Below are positions 62,951-64,000 of a DNA stretch of 64,000 bases, piece after piece. Each line of letters opens with the position of its first letter. Positions within the stretch are counted from its first letter, which is position 1. Below the pieces are notes generated by a model, which saw nothing but the letters and a program-made list of their open reading frames with translations, was not told where the DNA came from and did no database searches. Source of the stretch: Lingula anatina (taxonomy: Eukaryota; Animalia; Brachiopoda). Position numbers and translations under genes: made by a program. Location: contig CM120641.1 of the NCBI GenBank assembly GCA_051362555.1, positions 11,532,001 to 11,596,000 of the forward strand, written 5' to 3'.

Positions 62951-64000
62951 GAAAAAGACAATCCCGTTTGAACAGGCATGTACAAATTGCACTACGGGAT
63001 TGATTGGGCAGGAGGCGTTGTGTATTGGCGTTTAATTGATACTTCTTAATCGTAGGATAAATAGTGTTAAGTAATCATTACATTGATTCTAGGCAAGATT
63101 CTGTGCAAGACGTGAATCAATAAAAGTGTGCTTTTATATCATTTGCAATCAGCAAATAAGTCAAGTGGAAAAAGAAATTGTTCATAAGATTGTTTATTTG
63201 ATGTAGAAATTCACATTAATTTGAGAAAATGATGAAAATAGTACGACAGACGCAAGAAGGTGGGATGACGACATTCTAACAGATGCACTTTGTCAGTAAA
63301 AAAAATGGACATCCTTACGGATTTCAAGCTTAGTTGCTAGTGACACCCCCGGGGTTCTCTCTCCTGTTCAGCCCCTATCCCCTAATGATCTAGCGGGATC
63401 ATATTTTCAATATCATATCCTATATTGGGTGTCATTTGCAAGAGACTATTTCTAAACATAAAATCGCGATATGACATCATCAATAACACCTAGGACTAGA
63501 CCGGATTTTTAAGAGATCGGGGGAGTGAATGACATTATCAGTTATTTTGTAATTTTTTACTCTGGGTGGTCTTGTTAGAAGTCAGTCTACAGAGCTAGTC
63601 GCGTTCCATCCAGGTAAACGGTTAGTGTCTGCACGGCAAGAGAATGACGCCGTGTGGATGGCACTCGAGTGACTCAAAGGTATCGTTTTTGGAGATTTGT
63701 CTCAAATCTTCCCATTTCCTTCTTTTAAAACATTAACCTATAGAATAGGGACGCCAAATCTTTTTTTAAGTTATGAAATTACTAGTCTTCGCTTAGAAGA
63801 CATTTTCGTGACGCGTGGTGAAAATGCACTTGACCAAAGTCGTGACAAAAGAAAAAATAAATAAATACACCGAGCAGTGGTCGGCACGCACTACACGGAT
63901 GCTGGTGACACCAACAAATTAAGTTTTCTATCTTTTCGCTTTAAAATACTCCTAACAGCCATATGAGCGTCACCGCAAACACGAGGTTGCATATTTCCGA

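Noticed and set aside
53947-63035. Numerous 60-115-aa ORFs upstream of noggin
   Set aside because: Lengths and composition are as expected by chance, most have non-ATG starts, and there is no domain motif or exon chain.

Overview
This is AT-rich, intron-rich animal genomic DNA, probably from an invertebrate bilaterian (taxon inferred, not proven). Manual exon joining gives six complete protein-coding genes: MCRS1 (-), DNAJB11/ERdj3 (+), a vertebrate-type mitochondrial N-acetylglutamate synthase NAGS (-), CFAP65/CCDC108 (+), a METTL27/WBSCR27-like SAM methyltransferase with an intronless CDS (-), and an intronless canonical noggin (-) sitting in ~20 kb of apparently gene-free DNA. The first four genes form two head-to-head pairs. 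A complete ~2.36 kb Helentron-type non-autonomous element (HINE/DINE-1-like) lies in a NAGS intron and carries eight ~146-bp repeats, each with a perfect DR1 nuclear-receptor motif. Several MITE families are also present. Other notable points: a degenerate duplicate of the MCRS1 C-terminus that retains its reading frame, a duplicated CFAP65 acceptor that could act as a poison exon, a GC-AG intron, an RFX X-box at the CFAP65 promoter, a Smad element at the noggin promoter, and a visible CpG-depleted to CpG-rich transition near 40.7 kb. I found no convincing wholly new multi-gene system. Homology calls rest on recalled family sequences, not on database searches.
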